DNA from: Macrostomum lignano
Lineage: Eukaryota
DNA length: 64,000 bases
Direction of reading: 5' to 3'
Assembly: GCA_002269645.1 (NCBI GenBank)
Contig: NIVC01001733.1
Coordinates: forward strand, 180,345 to 244,344
Shown: positions 61,601 through 64,000 of the stretch, piece after piece
Layout: every line of letters begins with the position of its first letter
Position numbering within the stretch: position 1 is the first letter of the stretch
Notes under the pieces: generated by a model
Told to the model about the DNA's origin: nothing
The model's database searches: none
What the model saw: the letters and a program-made list of their open reading frames with translations, nothing else
Made by a program: the position numbers and the translations under genes

Positions 61601-64000
61601 CCATTTAAACATTAAAGGGCCACCATTGTCAAATATTAAAGAGCCACCATTTCAAACCTTAAAGAGCCACCTGTCAAATAAAGAGCCACCATGTTAAACA
61701 TAAAAGAGCCACCTGTCGAACATACAAGAGCCACCATGTCGAACATAGAAAGAGCCACCATGTCGAACATAGAAAAGCCACCATGTCGAAACATAAAAGA
61801 GCCAATATTTCAAACCTAAAGGAGCCACCATGTCGAACATAAAAGAGTCACCATGTTAAAAATTAAAGAGCCACCATGTCGAACATTAAAGAGCCACCAT
61901 TTCAAACATTAAAGAGCCACCATGTCAAACATTAAAGAGCCACCGGTTCAAACCTAAAAGAGCCACCATGTCGAACATTAAAGAGCCACCATGTCAAACA
62001 TAAACAGACACCATGTCAAACATTAAAGAGCCACCATGTCAAACATTAAAGAGCCACCGGTTCAAACCTAAAAGAGCCACCATGTCGAACATTAAAAAGC
62101 CACCATGTCAAACATTAAAGAGCCACATTGTCAAACATTAAAAAGCCACCATTTCAAACCTAAAAGAGCCACCATGTCAAACATTAAAGAGCCACCATGT
62201 CAAACATTAAAGAGCCACCTTGTCAAATATTAAAGAGCCACCATTTCAAACCTAAAGAAGCCACCATGTCGAACATACAAGAGCCACTATGTCGAACATT
62301 AAAGAGCCACCATATCAAACATAAAAGAGTTACCATGTCAAACATTAAAGAGCCACCATGTCAAACATTAAAGAGCCACCATGTCGAACATAAAAGAGCC
62401 ACCATATCAAACATAAAAGAGTTACCATGTCAAACATTAAAGAGCCACCATGTCGAACATTAAAGAGCCACCATGTCAAACATTAAAGAGCCACCTTGTC
62501 AAATATTAAAGAGCCACCATTTCAAACCTAAAAGAGCCACCATGTCGAACATTAAAGAGCCACCTTGTCAAATATTAAAGAGCACCATTTCAAACCTAAA
62601 GAAGCCACCATGTCGAACATACAAGAGCCACCATGTCGAACATAAAAGCCACCATATCAAACATAAAAGAGCCACCATGTCGAACATAAAAGAGCAACCA
62701 TGTCAAACATAAAACAGACACCATTAAGAACATTAAAGAGCCACCATGTCGAACATTAAAGAGCCACCATGTCAAATATAAAACAGCCACCATTTCGAAA
62801 ATTTAAGAGCCGCCATGTTAAACATTAAAGGGCCACCTTGTCAAATATTAAGAGCCCATTTCAAACCTAAAAGAGCGACCCTGTCGAACATACAAGAGCC
62901 ACAATGTCGAACATAAAGAGCAGCTATGTAGAACATAAAAGAGCCACCATGTCAAACATAAAAAAGCCACCATGTCAAACATAAAAGAGCCAACATGAAG
63001 AACATTAAAGAGCCACCATGTCGACCATTAAAAGAGCCACCATGTCGAACATACAAGAGCCACCATGTCGAACATAGAAAAGCCACCATGTCGAACATAG
63101 AAAAGCCACCATGTTAAACATTAAAGAGCCAATATTTCAAACCTTAAGGAGCACCATGTCGAACATAAAAGAGTCACCATGTTAAAATTAAAGAGCCACC
63201 ATGTCGAACATTAAAGAGCCACCATGTCGAACATTAAAGAGCCACCATGTCAAACATAAACAGACACCATGTCAAACATTAAAGAGCCACCGGTTCAAAC
63301 CTAAAAGAGCCACCATGTCGAACATTAAAGAGCCACCTTGTCAAATATTAAAGAGCCACCATTTCAAACCTAAAGGAGCCACCATGTCGAACATTAAAAA
63401 GCACCATGTCGAACATTAAAAAGCCAACATGTCAAACATAAAAGAGCCACCATGTCAAACCTAAAAAAGCCACCATGTCAAACATAGAAGAGCCACCATG
63501 TCAAACATAATAGAGCCACCATGTCAAACATTAAAGAGCCACCATGTCAAACATAGAAGAGCCACTATGTCAAACATAAAAGAGCCACCATGTCGAACAT
63601 AAAAGAGTCACCATGTTAAAAATTAAAGAGCCACCATGTCGAACATTAAAGAGCCACCATGTCGAACATTAAAAGCCACCATGTCGAACATTAAAGAGCC
63701 ACCATATCAAACATAAAAGAGTTACCATGTCAAACATTAAAGAGCCACATGTCGAACATTAAAGAGCACCATATCAAACATAAAACAGACACCATGTCAA
63801 ACATTAAAGAGCCACATGTCGAACATTAAAGAGCCACCATGTCAACATAAAACAGCCACCATTTCGAAAATTAAGGAGCCACCATTTCGAAATTAAAGAG
63901 CGCCATGTTAACCATTAAAGGCCACCATGTCAAACATTAAAGAGCCCCATGTCGAACATAAAAGAGCACCATGTCGAACATTAAAGAGCCACCATGTCAA
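58670..64000 (+). mobile_element. Helitron-like unit 2, head-to-tail with unit 1, running off the window
   Basis: Starts with TCCTATATACTAAAAATGAG immediately after the CTAG of unit 1; about 600 bp closely similar to 55216-55800; followed by more than 4.7 kb of the same satellite. Confidence 0.75.

Overview
Eukaryotic (animal) genomic DNA. It has short GC-rich exons with GT-AG introns, most of which hold their own micro- or minisatellite, a pattern reminiscent of the flatworm Macrostomum (inference). Gene models below were built by hand, splice phases were checked, and many exons are missing from the supplied ORF track. Genes in order: 5' part of a Cys-loop ion-channel subunit (-); a secreted PAN/apple + ALK/LTK-type glycine-rich-domain protein (+); an unknown multi-exon gene (-); a PAQR/mPR receptor (-); a chromatin protein joining KAT6-like WH1-WH2-double PHD to a SAMD1-type SAM domain (-); a divergent type II pantothenate kinase (+); an intronless CYP1-like P450 (-); a class C GPCR (-); an intronless secreted protein resembling bacterial YbaY/YscW lipoproteins (+, horizontal-transfer candidate); a tetraspanin-like protein lacking CCG (-); a non-RD AGC-like kinase (+); and the 5' part of a syntaxin-1-family gene (+) with two homologous 109-nt exons that look mutually exclusive. 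Mobile DNA: two 5'-truncated RNase H-bearing LINEs, a decayed LINE remnant, two SINE copies, an LTR-like segment, a foldback element, a MITE, and two head-to-tail Helitron-like units carrying multi-kb satellites. Repeat coordinates are approximate.
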